A DNA stretch of 56,802 nucleotides, filler included, from Sphacelaria rigidula (Eukaryota), in assembly GCA_964200075.2 (NCBI GenBank). It is 4 parts of 4 records of this genome, joined end to end, with 100 filler letters (N's around TTAATTAATTAA, not from the genome) between each part and the next. Parts side by side here need not be neighbours in the genome. Positions count along the whole stretch, not along the records: positions 14,228 to 28,354 come from CAXNAA020002445.1; positions 28,455 to 42,579 come from CAXNAA020002446.1; 2 more parts are not named here. The stretch is one strand, 5' to 3'. Below, in pieces: positions 23,701 through 35,500 of the stretch. Every line of letters begins with the position of its first letter. The first letter of the stretch is position 1. The position numbers were made by a program, and so were the translations under genes. The notes beneath the pieces are model-generated. The model saw only the letters and a list, made by a program, of their open reading frames with translations. It was not told the origin of the DNA and did not search any database.

Positions 23701-26700
23701 CGTATGTTTCTCGAATACGTCACAAATGTGACGTTACGTAACGTACCGGTGAAAAAGGTGACGTGGCGTAACGTTCAATTTTTCAATACGTCACAAATGT
23801 GACGTTACGTCACGTATGTTCTTAATATGTCACAGTAACGTATTATGAAACGTTTTCCGTAACGTGTAACGTACTTTAGACGTTACACGTCACATAATAC
23901 GTTACAACGTCACAAAATACGTTACACACCACATCATCATACGTTTGTGACGTGTGAATGAACGCCACGACCGTCACACGCTCAACTTGTACCACAATTA
24001 GAGTGGAATTTGCATATGTGATAACTCGCATGATATATATATATATACATATATGATACATGGGTTCAAGAAGAGTGTGCACACATCTTCATAATACGCA
24101 CGCGATGTAAGCGCAAGTTTAGCGCCACGGCAGCATGCACCGCCACACCACCACACCCAAACATATATATTTTGCATTATTTTGAGTTGCCGTGTGCCGT
24201 TTTACTTATTGGTGTCACTAGTATTAAAATATGGACTACGAAGTAATCAGAGCTAGACCTTGCGCCTTTGAAGAGGTGCGAAGGGTGGCACGAGCTTGTG
24301 ACCTCGTGGGCAAATTCGGTGGCTCCACTGCTGTTCTGTACAAGTAGTAGTTTTGTTCTTTATTTCGTTTATTTTGCTTTTTTTGCGTATGTTGGGGTTG
24401 TTTAATTTTTCTGTATTTTTGCCGTCCGTCTCTGTTCGAACGGTTTTGTGTAAGTTTTTGTCTCCATTCTTGGCACAATGAGTCATGATGTGTTTCTACC
24501 TTCATGATGTCCGCCCTGCGAACACGGCTGGATTCGTACTGTACCGGATCATCAGTTCATGTGTATTATATATAGAATTTAGATCTTCTGCGTACACGCC
24601 CTGCTGAGAGAGCAAATAATTAGAACAACACAGAATCGGATTGCTATGTGTTGAGTGTCCTACAAAATGCCAACCGACTACCAGGTATCACTAGCGTATG
24701 ATCTGTACATACTTGCGTTTGTGTGTGTACATCATCGCCTGCGCGCATCTTGGTATCTCACTATCTGACTATCTTACATCAATAACGTACTCATGTATTT
24801 CTTTGAAATTTCAACGTGTGAGTCAGGGACGCATGGGCGATACACTAGCTGAAACGCATTCTTACATGTCAACAGAGCGAGCAGAACGCCCCTCATGCTC
24901 GAACAAGGCAGCCACCGTGAACCTCCCGTACCAAGTTGCCGTACATGAAACCTTACAACGTCGTACGTAGCGTTCATTTTCCCTCAACACGGTCGAAGTG
25001 TAACGTTTCACTTTACGTTACACGTCACAAACGTAACGTATATTATTCGCAACACGTCACAATAACGTTCTAAAATACCTTGCACGTCACAAACGTAACG
25101 TATATTATTCGTTACACGTCACAATAACGTTTCAAAACACATTACACGTCACAAACGTATAATAATGTAACGTGTAACATTTGTTGTGACGTGTAACGTT
25201 TATTGTGACGTGTACCGTATAAAATACATTATACGTTACGTGAAACGTTTCAAAACACGTTACCGTGACGTAACGTACCGTACCCGTACAAAAATGTGAC
25301 GTGACGTAACGTATAATTTTTTACACGTCACAAAGGGTGACGTGACGTAACTTATAATATTTCACACGTCACATTTGTGACGTAACGTGCAACGTATAAC
25401 GTAAAGAGCCCTGGTATTTTTTTAGCTTGCGCTCTGACGCTGTGACGTTTGTCTCTGTTGATGTTCGTCTCTTGTGAAGGGATCGGGGCGATGCGTTGAC
25501 TGTGGAGGAAAGTGGTGGGCGCAAAGTATTGCAGCGACAGGTCAGGCGAAGACGTGGTCGGCATGCTTTTCACCTTGAGCGTCCCTGGTTGTGCGCTAAA
25601 TGTCGCCCATGAGTCTGTGTGTGTATGTGTGTGTTGTCATTCCATCTATTCTGTGAGCCGGTCTACACAGAAGGAAGGTCAACATGGGAGTTTTTTTCTT
25701 CTTCGTTTGTTTTAGTTTTCCACCTTCCTTCTGCGGTGCTTGCTTTTTATTTTTTGTCTCGAGAGGGGTCCAGCAGTCCCTTTCCCTCGTCGACCATCAA
25801 GTCGAATTTTGTGTACCCATGACATAGTCGCTCTCCACTGTTGGGCATTGTGTGGGAAAAAATACCAGATCGCCCCTAGATCCGAATCCACGACCTAACC
25901 GTCAGAGAGTTTCGAGCTCACCAACTGAGCCACCGGGGCGACTGGCGACACCATGGCACTAAATCTTCGTTAGTTCGTCGTATTCGTGCGGTATACTGCT
26001 AGTCGCCCATCATCTGCTCTTGTGCTGTTTAATGACGGAAACCCTGGGGTGCTGGCTCTGACACGAATAGGCCCAGCTCAAGGAGGAAAACGCTGCCCTG
26101 AAGCTGAGGTTGGAGGGTCAGAGGAGGGCGATTCACGAGCTCGAGCACCAGGCACATTCTCTGCGCGAGACCGCTCGTCAGCGGTGAGACGCGCAAGCTG
26201 CTACGATACCTTCCATCGAGAGAACTGTGATGTCTTCTGAGCGTCGCGCGGTAACCACCTATGAGCGATCTTTGGGGGCCGATCCGTGATTTGTTTTGGG
26301 GTTTTATACTACTGTATGTTATACTACGTCATATACTATGTTGTACTATGTTGAACTACTCGTATGTTATTCAATTTTCCACGTTCTGCTATGTTGTACT
26401 GTGTTATACGAGTACTATGCGCGTCGGCCGTTCGGCGCGGTTTGAGCAGGGAGGAATCTTTTCAGCGACTTAAGAGGAAGCTGGCCGCCACACCACCGAC
26501 TACAACTCGGGAAAAATGTCCCCAGTGCGCAAACGCTCATCAGGGAAGGCCGAGGTCTGGGCGGGACACCGCGGCGGGCGCGCTCAGGAAACGAGTAATG
26601 GCTGCCGAAGTGAGTACCGTAGTGATTCATCACACCTTGTTCGGTTGTAGTGTACACAGTCTGGTCGAGCCGTTGCAACTGCATCGTGGAGCGTGAGCAG

Positions 26701-27735
26701 CGGAATGAGGACGCAGTCGAAGAACCAGTCCCCCTCTCGGCCAAGAGGTCGTTTTTATCTTGATGGGATCAACTTTTCTCTGTCGATTTGATCACATGAA
26801 TCTTGAATCTCTGTTTGCCATTTTTTTTCTTCTCTTTCCCCGTGCATCGCAGTTGCGGGTACGAGAGCTGGAGAAGTCCCTTGCGGATAGTCGGGCTCAA
26901 GAGCAAAGAGCACGGGAGATTGGAGTTTCTCTTAAATGCAACTATAGGTCAGCCAAGCTACCCCATGGTCTAGTTTCAGAGCGGCTTGTTGCGTGACATC
27001 TTTATGCGGTCGTGCCAGCAGGAAGTGGTGCGTGTGCTTCTAATCGCAGCACCAAAATTACCCAAGATGCTGTTCTTCCATGCGAATCACCGGCACTGAG
27101 TGGACAATCGTGGCCGCCACCGTTACGAAGCGGTTATCATAAATCTCATGTTGCTGAATGCTACACCGAGGTTTACACTGCTCTACTGCAGTTTCCCTCC
27201 CAATATACATCGCTAATTTCTGTTGTTTTGTTTTGCAGCGGTGCACAGGACAAGGCTGCCGGACTAGAGACTGAGTTGGCGTCGATGCAGCAGTCACTTT
27301 TGGAAGCGAGGCAAGACATTGCTGAGACGCGAAGGGAGGCAAAGGTGTGCCTGAAAAGGCAAAAATCTTTGCCGCATAAACCCCAGAGCCATTGCTACCT
27401 TGATGCATTTCATGTGCCTATAGACCGCCAAAACGGACATCATTTCGCGGCAGAACTTGCGTGATGCGGACTGAGGCGGAGATAGAATTCAATTGATCTG
27501 TTGGTGTTGGAACGCAAATAGTGGCAACGCTGCACTTTTCCTCCTCATGTCGCTTACTGACTGGAGCTGTGGTAAGTGCAGCATATTTCGAATTGCTCAT
27601 CTCCATCCTTGCCCCTCTGCCGACCAGGCACACCTCAAAAATGCCCAGAAACATCGACGGCAACGGGACGAACGAACGAGGGAGGCGGAGATCGCCCGAG
27701 CGGAGGCCGCTGATTTAACGTTGCGGCTAAGGAAG
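17742..27735 (+). CDS. Multi-exon gene for an uncharacterised protein with a low-complexity middle and coiled-coil C-terminal part; 3' end not identified
   Basis: Phase-consistent GT-AG exons: 17742-17785, 18000-18190, 21105-21245, 21573-21760, 22130-22524, 25480-25540, 26071-26183, 26450-26609, 26853-26947, 27239-27344, 27628-27735. They encode e.g. AQLKEENAALKLRLEGQRRAIHELEHQ, LRVRELEKSLADSRAQEQ and LETELASMQQSLLEARQDIAE. The first, fourth and sixth exons are less certain. Confidence 0.75.
18443..19545. mobile_element. Possible old non-autonomous DNA transposon with GTCGAC/AGTCG-rich subterminal repeats
   Basis: Related arrays (acgacgacgact, agtcgactct) at about 18528-18690 and 19394-19530; imperfect TIR tagatatggcg / cgccatatat; no TSD found. 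Confidence 0.35.
20108..20141. repeat. (TG)n microsatellite, interrupted
   Basis: tgtgtgtgtgcgtgcgtgtgtgtgtgtgtgtgt. Confidence 0.9.
23625..25413. mobile_element. Non-autonomous hAT-type DNA transposon in an intron
   Basis: TIRs caaggctccctacgttacacg / reverse complement cagggctctttacgttatacg; perfect 8-bp TSD gtattttt (23617-23624 and 25414-25421); dense CGTTAC/ACGTCAC arrays at both ends. Confidence 0.9.
25625..25942 (-). mobile_element. tRNA-derived SINE, copy 1
   Basis: Minus strand gtcgccccggTGGCTCAGTTGG (A box), degenerate B box gattcggatc, and a body shared with 39437-39740 (cagtggagagcgac.atgtc.tgggtacacaaaat, gcaagcaccgca.aaggaaggtgg). Confidence 0.85.
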
Positions 27736-28354
27736 GTGAACGCGTTTTTTCTCATGTTCTCTCTTCTGCTTCTCTGCACTTTCGCCACGCAAAGGTTCGG
27801 TCGTCTTACACAAAACTCTCTGGCGCTTCTTCTGGTAAAAGCTTTCAAGGGGCCTGTTCCGTCAGGGTGTATGATGATGGTGTCAAAATCCTGGTATCGG
27901 GCAAAAATGAACCGTAACTCAGCTTGGGACAAATCTTCGCCAGTTCAACCATGTTATCCCAGTTTTGGATAGATTGGGAGGGCGATATCATAAATGAATG
28001 CACACGATTCGATCCCTGATGCTGAATGCGAGTACCCCTGAACGTTCACATTTCCTGGAAAGCCTGTGGCCATGTGGACACGCTGTTATCTTTCTTATTA
28101 TTTATTATATCCATCATATTAGCTCGATCTCTCGAACCCGTGGTCACAGAGTTCAAGGAGCATACCACCCATATACCCATAACCGAAACAGCCCGCAGAA
28201 TAAGGCAAGAAACAAAAACATCTACACGAAAAAAATGGCACCCACACTACGAAAGATCCGATTGAACTACAGGAGACCTACTTGTACTGGAATCAGTCCC
28301 CGCGTGTGACCTCTCCGACTACTTTGCCACGTACTGGTGTATACACAAAGCAGT

Positions 28355-28454
28355 NNNNNNNNNNNNNNNNNNNNNNNNNNNNNNNNNNNNNNNNNNNNTT
28401 AATTAATTAANNNNNNNNNNNNNNNNNNNNNNNNNNNNNNNNNNNNNNNNNNNN
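28355..28454. other. Artificial contig linker
   Basis: N44-TTAATTAATTAA-N44. Confidence 0.98.
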
Positions 28455-28600
28455 CTCAAGCCCCCCCCCCCCCTCTTTTTTCCCCCCAGTTTAGGCAATG
28501 ACCTTTCTTCCCCCCCCCCCCCCGCCCCCCATCTCTCTCTGCATCGCCCTATTTCTCTACCCATATACATCTCCGTGTTCGTATCTCTCCACCTCCTCAC

Positions 28601-31600
28601 CCGTGAGTGTTGACCAGCATGGATATCGAGTACTCCGCAGAGAGAAACACTGCGACGCAGAATGCCATGAGCGAACCCACCGCGAGAAGCAGCTGTAGAT
28701 CGATTCGGACGTACACCTCTCGAGGCACTTTGTCCGTCAACGTCAACAATCTGCGAGAGCCCGGCGGGGAGCGTAAACGGCGACTTGATTTACCGAAAAA
28801 TTAACACTGCGGTATTGCCGCCGCATCTGTGTTCGGGAAATGCGTGCGTGCGCATCCGATACCCATACCTTTCGTGTATCAAAATCATTGTGCCTCAACA
28901 AAGCAAGGTCAAACAACATCTCGGAGCAAGTACGGCGGCACATCCGGAAATGACGCTCTGACCTATTTTATCTCGGGTACTTCGTATCTGCATCACAGCA
29001 TAAAGCAATCACCAGATATCGGATACGCCTCTCTCTTCCACGTCTTCATTGAGTTTTTTTCTTTCAGTACGTTTTTTCCCCCCCATTTCACGCCACGAGC
29101 GATATGCCGTACTTTCCGGCCCGAGTTATGTTCCACAGGGGCTAGTGCACCATGTAATATTTGCGCACTCCGGAGCACGTGGGTGTCTACTCGCAAAGTC
29201 TCCGGTAGCACAGTACACTGAACGGTCAAGCGGCATCGTACAACTCTGTAGACGGCATAATCACTAAAGGTCAACCAACATCGAGAGGGAGAAATATCGA
29301 TATTAGGCAGCAACGAATCAGATGGCGAACAACCAACAACTACAACTACATGGAGACATACACGCACACACCTATGGTCCCCTGTTAACAACAGCTCTGC
29401 AATCGTGGAGCCCACCAGAGCGATCACGAACAGGGCGAAGCAGAGACCCTGCGTCGGCGCCATCACAAAACGTCCGGCGCAGCTGTTCGCCGCCACGTAA
29501 CCCGCCACCGCAAGGTACATGGCGTCAAGCGCCCAAAGAGGCGCGAGGCATGCCAACCACGAGTAATTGTGAAACGTGTTCGAGGACGACGATGACGCCC
29601 CCTCCGCCTTGCATTTGAACGCAACGGACAGTGTTAACAAAATAACGAGGCCCCACCTGTTTCGTGGCAGCGCATCAAACAGCAGCATCGGGCAAGGATG
29701 ACGGATGAGAGAGGGAGGAGGGTAAGAATGGCGTATGTCTACGGGTAGTACGGCAGGGGGTTACTTGCGTTTGAGAAAAACCGTCAGCACGAGAGACAAC
29801 AGCTGGGAAGTCAAAATACGCCGCAATGTCGGGACACGTACGTATTTTTTACTCGTGTCTTCAGTGCTGATGCGGGCACTTGCTACGCATTCTATGCTGT
29901 AAACAGCAGGTCGACGCCAAATTTCCAGCTCGAGGGAAAGCATGGAGGATGATGAGTCCGCGGATAGGGTAATAGATATTAAATATTTGCTTTTCGGGGA
30001 AGGGCACTGAAGACATGCACTTGGTCTACGTCCAAGATCGTAGTTCGTTTCAATGCGATCGAAGATCCCCACACGTGGTTCGAAAACGCAGCCCCCTATG
30101 CACCTACCTTCCTCTCGGCATGTCGTTTCGCGCGGCACATGCTTGACATACGGTGCACCATTAAAATGGCCGATTGTGTGTATACTTTAATTGCCCTGCA
30201 AACGATATCATCTTGTTGGATACGGTGAGAGGGTAGAACAGGACACTTCCCAGAAACGTCCGCATCACCAACGCCCGGTACCATGCCCAAATCTTATTGC
30301 AATGCTCTCATGTTCAGCAAGCAACGGACTAAAATAAGCCCGTCGAAAACAAAATACCTGCTTCTTCACGTGGCCCATGCTCCACTGTCAGTCAGCAAGA
30401 TATTTACACGTTCGTTGCACGAAGTAGTTGGGTGTCGGGTGCACGACAATGTCATACCATTTAATTTCAAGCAACACGCTCACGCGAGTTTGTGAACGAT
30501 ATACCTCAAAGCGCATCTATGATACAGAGACTCGATGCCACATGTTGCTGAGTAAAAGCTTTGTGACAGAAGCAACACTGAAACATAGCAGGCAGTATCC
30601 CAGGAGTACGAGGTGGATGGTGTGCCAACGGCAGCAGCAGCAGCAGCAGGGTCCACGTATCCCAGCCATGGTTGCAAGATGCTTGTGGGCTTGGAAAAAA
30701 ACCCTAGACATGAAAGTTGTTCGTCCCCAGAACGAGGTCTCAGCCGGGAGGGTAGGCAAGTGTGACGTCTCACAACCTCCCGCTCAACACTTGCGTTCGA
30801 AACTGGGCGCACTCGTGGCGACGAGCTTGCAAACCCAAAAGCAAGACTTCGTGTTCACACGGATACATATTTCAAATATACCAACCGCAACCCATCCACG
30901 GCACAGCATGTACCAGAACCCCCGCCGATTGGCGCTAACAAATCCAAAACTCACGTTGATCCAGAGAGCCATCCCTCGGTGCGTAGGACAAGCACCCTCA
31001 GGAGGCAGAGCCCTGCAAGCGTGAGCACGGGAGCGGCAAGTGCAAACGGCCCGGGACCTTCCGACACATTCCCTCCTCGACCGCGTTGCCGCTCCTGCTC
31101 GCTGTCCCACCAACGGCACACCAATACTTGCTCCGCAACCACCATCACCAGTACGATAAGTGCAACCACCGTGGTCACCACCACCCTCTGTATCAAGGGA
31201 AAATAGTCCAGATTTACAGGAATGATGGTGTTGCAGCTGCTACCGCCGCCGTTTGCACCATGGAGGCTCCCTCCTCCTAGATCGCTAAGACTTCCCGTTG
31301 ACCTATCTCGCCCGTCGGCGTTCCGCCGCATTCCGCTCCGATTCCGATGCGGGGTTGCGAAGCGCACGGAGGCCACCTTGCCCAGCACACGTACGAGCAC
31401 GGCAACGGCGAGAAGATCCCCTAGCCAGAACGGGGCGAAGATGAGCCAAGAGGGGCCATCGGGAGACCGCCCACCGCCGCTGCCGAAATTGCGCACGCTT
31501 TGATTTGCGTCGGCTGCGGGATGTCCCCAAGTCCGCGTGTACTCGATAAAGAGCAGCACGATGCCCACCAGCCATGCGACCATGCACCACCCAAATCCTG

Positions 31601-31991
31601 TCACACCAGCGTGCAGACACTCCTCGACCGGGTTCTTGTAGTGTCCATGTAGAGGCTGGTACGTCCCCTTTCCCAGAGCTTGGTACGTCCCCACCCCGCT
31701 CCCGCCGGTGCCGTAGCCACCTCCTCGAGGTGTGGGGGCACTGCTTCGCGTGTGCGATCTAGTGCTACTGCCACCACCGCTCCTAGAGCTGCTCCCACCA
31801 CTACTACCGCCGTATCCCGCGTTATTGCTGCTGCCGAGCGCGCCACCACCGTGGTGGTAGACGAGACGCGTGGATTCGGAAGTGTTGCCAGCGGGAGACT
31901 TCACCTTCGCGCCTGCAGTCGTTCCGGTCAACACGCTAATCCTCGTGTTACTGCCAGATTTGGGGAGAGTGCGCAGTGACCTAGAATCCAT
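28601..31991 (-). CDS. Multi-pass membrane protein resembling the TMEM185/TMEM203 (Tmemb_185A) family; 3' end cut off by contig edge
   Basis: Exons 31991-30955, 29656-29372 and 28750-28601, all phase-2 GT-AG junctions. Repeated motif SWLIFAPFWLGD / SWLACLAPLWALD and several hydrophobic helices. Family assignment rests on recalled motif only. Confidence 0.8.
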
Positions 31992-32565
31992 AACCTACCT
32001 ACACAGGCCAAAGCCTCGATGCGTGTTCGTCTGGGGGCACTACCGTGCGTATTCCTCCTCGTACGCAGAGTGGCTTTAGAAGCTTGCCTCGTGAGAACGA
32101 AGATTGGATGTATAGCGGCGTAGGGTCCGCTGTCGTGTATGTTTTCAAATTCATTGTTGTAATCAGACCCGTTTGTCCTGGGCGTTTAGTCAACGCTGGC
32201 TCTTCAGCAAATATGCGATTTATATACAATATTTTCGTGCCCTCTAGCTCATGCTGTACGCAAATGCACAATTTGGAAGTAAGCTTATTGAAATTATCAC
32301 GACTGAATCGCGCATATCTACTACTGTTCAGGGAGTAATGCTGTTCGATAAATTTTGAGTTGTGTTTGGGCATCAAGTTTGAATTATAAAATAATAAAAA
32401 CATGACCCACCGTTTGAGCGAACATTTTAGAAAATGTCAGTAAAAACGCGAAGCATTAGCGTTTGTGGAGGCCAGCGCATGGCGACACACCCCGTGCCCT
32501 GCTTCGCCGGCAACGTAAAGGCTAAACACAGAAGTTAGCATTGTGCAAGCTTCTTCTCTGTAATC
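31992..32565. promoter_or_regulatory. Probable bidirectional promoter region
   Basis: 574 bp between divergent start codons, with an AT-rich core at about 32210-32440. Confidence 0.55.
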
Positions 32566-35500
32566 ATGGGTGGAATTCAGCCGCTGAACAAGATGACTCT
32601 AGTCAAGAAGAGGACAAAGAAGTTCGCTCGGCATCAGTCTGATCGCTTTATGCGAATCAAGAACTCGAGCTGGAGGAAGCCTAAAGGTATCGACGGACGC
32701 GTGCGCAGGCGCTTCAAGGGCTCCCTACCCATGCCCAACGTTGGATACGGTGAGTGTACATTCTGTATGACGGGAACTGTCGTGTTCAAACGCCCAAGAA
32801 TCCGACATGTTCTTCACACAAGGTCCTCCTGAGCGCACTCCACCATCGACACAGCATTGTCGGTACCATCTCGACCGTTTGCACAGTCTGTGGTACTACT
32901 GTACTGAACGATACGGAATGGTGCTCTACACTGATCTATGCATGGATAGTGTTTGCTTTGCTCAGGCTATTGGTCACGGTGACATTGGTGTACTGAGCGT
33001 CGCCATTACGATGAAGTACCGACTTGCTGATGACACCTTTGCTCCGTACGAGGTCTGTGCGCGCTTTCAACGCCGCGGATTGAAACAGCGTCTCGTCCAG
33101 GATATTTTTTGTTTAGCCCCCCCCCCCCCCCCCTCTCCTTCACCCCTGTTAACAAAGAGAAAGTGAAGTTGCAAGTGAGAGGTTGGGAACCCCCCTTTTT
33201 CGCGAAAAGACGCCAGATAAGTATGCGAGGTTGGCACGAGAATGTACTGCATAGCGCACGACGGTTAGTGTAGAGTTGAAATATCCATACGGCTTTGCAA
33301 TGCAATGAAATCAGCTCGATCTCAGCTTGGGATGGGAACAAACGATACACTTGAAATCGCAAGACTCACAGCAGAAGGCCGCGGACACACTACTCACGTT
33401 GTATATCGTATTCCAAGCGTGATTGACTTTCGCAGCGAACCGTCAGTAGTGATGCCTACCGGATATGTTGTCTTCGCAGCTGCCCCGCCCCCCCTCCCCT
33501 TGTTTCCTCGACCGAAGCAGGAAACCCAACCCAACACTCACCCCACCAGCGAGTTTTACAAGCGAGTTCGTGTGTCGATAGCTGCACATTCATGCACAAG
33601 CTATCTCCAGCAACTGTTGCGCCTAGTCACCTGGGCTGGTGCACGTGCAATAGCTTTCATCTCACCTCCGGTATAGTCCAGGGAGGGAAGGAATACCACC
33701 GCCACAACAGACCTTTTCATCGTACGGTAGTGAGGAATATGAGGAGGTTTCCCGGATACTCAACTAAATCCAAATGATCGCGCTTGGCAGCGTTTGTCAA
33801 CATTGGTCGACCAAAACTGCTTTACAGAGCACCTCGAGGGCACGAGTATGAGAAAGCAAAGGCGACCACTCGGATATTAAACTTCAGCGTCCAATAACTC
33901 CCACAACCGACGTTTGAAACACAGCCATTTTGCTGGATTGTACCGTGTGCTCCAGGTGACCACTCTAATTTTTGCGCAATTTACTTTGTGCGGTTTCAAG
34001 GTATTACAGGCCAACCCGCACTGAAGTACAGTATCCATCAATGGTGGTGGCTCGATGACGTCCCAGTCACGGTCTTTTTTTTGGAGTGCCTTGAAGCCGA
34101 GCGTCATTCCGAGTTTATATTCAGGGTTGAGGAAGAGCAACAAAAAACGTCTACCATGGAGAACAATTTGTACGTGGAGGAAACGGTTGATTTTTTACGA
34201 GGAATGCCCTTTCTCTCGAGAGGCGGGCGCGGCCCACTTCGTGTCCATGACACGCATGGGGGGTACAACACACGCACAACAGCCCACCCATGTTTGGCTG
34301 CGAACACCAGGCTTCGGAATGAGGACGTAATGCACAATCTCGGGGACCATCACAATCCTCCCGTGTTGGTGTAGCCCTAGCTTTTATGGTCCTGGCTCAT
34401 GAAAATTTTACTGCACGATGGCGCCCCCCACGTGTTTTCGGAAGTTGTTTCTCAACCCACGGCCCAAAATTGTGGGAATGAAAACACGTGAATTCGTCAC
34501 CGTCGTCTCCGCATATCGAAGCGAGGTTGTTGTCCGCGTACCGTTCCCAAGAACAAAATACCGTGTATCCGCTGTAATCCGCAAGTTTCTTGTGGCGGAA
34601 TATATCATGCGGAGATGTGTTCATAGTTTTCTTGTCCCCCTTTATTCTGTACTTCATTTTTGATACCCGACTGCAGCGAACGTGAACTTGAACGCACGCG
34701 GCGCCTTGACCACTTTCCTCAGTGATGCTCCACACACGGGCTGCATGTAATACCAGGAAAGAGTCTTTGATGGCGTGAAAGATGGTACGGTTCGTGACAT
34801 GGGTACGAGCAGCTTGTAGTATGCGAAATTGGTCCCATCTCCGGGTCCGACGAACCATTACAATCCTCAATCCTTCTTGAAAAGCCTCGCAAGAAAAAAA
34901 ATCGAGAGATGGTTGTGACGGGTGATTTACAGTGTCTTGTCAAAACGGCTAAGCCAGCTGGGAAACCGGGAGCGATTTCGGTTGTTGGCAGGGAGGCGGT
35001 GCGAGTGCCTAGGGCATCCGAAGAGCCTTCAATACCAATTAACTTGTGTTGTCAAAAAGAAATCTGGCGAGACAGAAACGCCAAATTTTGGCGTTTCACA
35101 GGAAATTATGAGCTACGTCCTGTCGAATCTCGTGATGTTTCTCACTGGCGACGCAGGCACGTGATTTTTCTCGACAGCGGTTAAAAGCGCATGATCCGAC
35201 TCTTTTTGAAGCAAGCTCTCATACACGTGTTCCCAACTCTGCCAAATGTTTTCGGATGCTGTGGATTGCGTATACAGCGACAGCCATAACCCCCTCGTCG
35301 TCTTTTTTGTACGCCAAGTGCTAATCAGTCATGTTTGAGGGGATGGCTGAGCGTGGTTTGGGAAATGTGCATGGAGTCGAAAGACTAGAGCGAAGACGTG
35401 GACGTCAGCCGCCTCACTGTGACGGAGACGTGAGCGAGCCCAGCAGTCACATACTATCGGGCAACACTGAAAATCTCCGGTTCCCGTTACATCTGTTTTA

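Noticed and set aside
23636-25410. CRISPR-like appearance of the repeated CGTTAC/ACGTCAC units
   Set aside because: Units are short and irregular, lack constant-length unique spacers, have no cas genes nearby, and are explained as hAT subterminal repeats.
27998-28750. Gene models or convergent overlap across the 28355-28454 gap
   Set aside because: The gap is a synthetic linker between unrelated contigs.
30480-30812. Extra exon of the TMEM185-like gene
   Set aside because: Exon 1 splices in phase directly to 29656 and continues the transmembrane helix (GWLSGST/WGLVILL), so this ORF is unnecessary and lacks family features.
33005-33060. Box C/D snoRNA in RPL32 intron 1 (also ctgatga...ctga at 36860-36950 in intron 2)
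   Set aside because: Boxes are imperfect, there is no terminal stem and no convincing rRNA antisense element; a snoscan/Infernal run would be needed.
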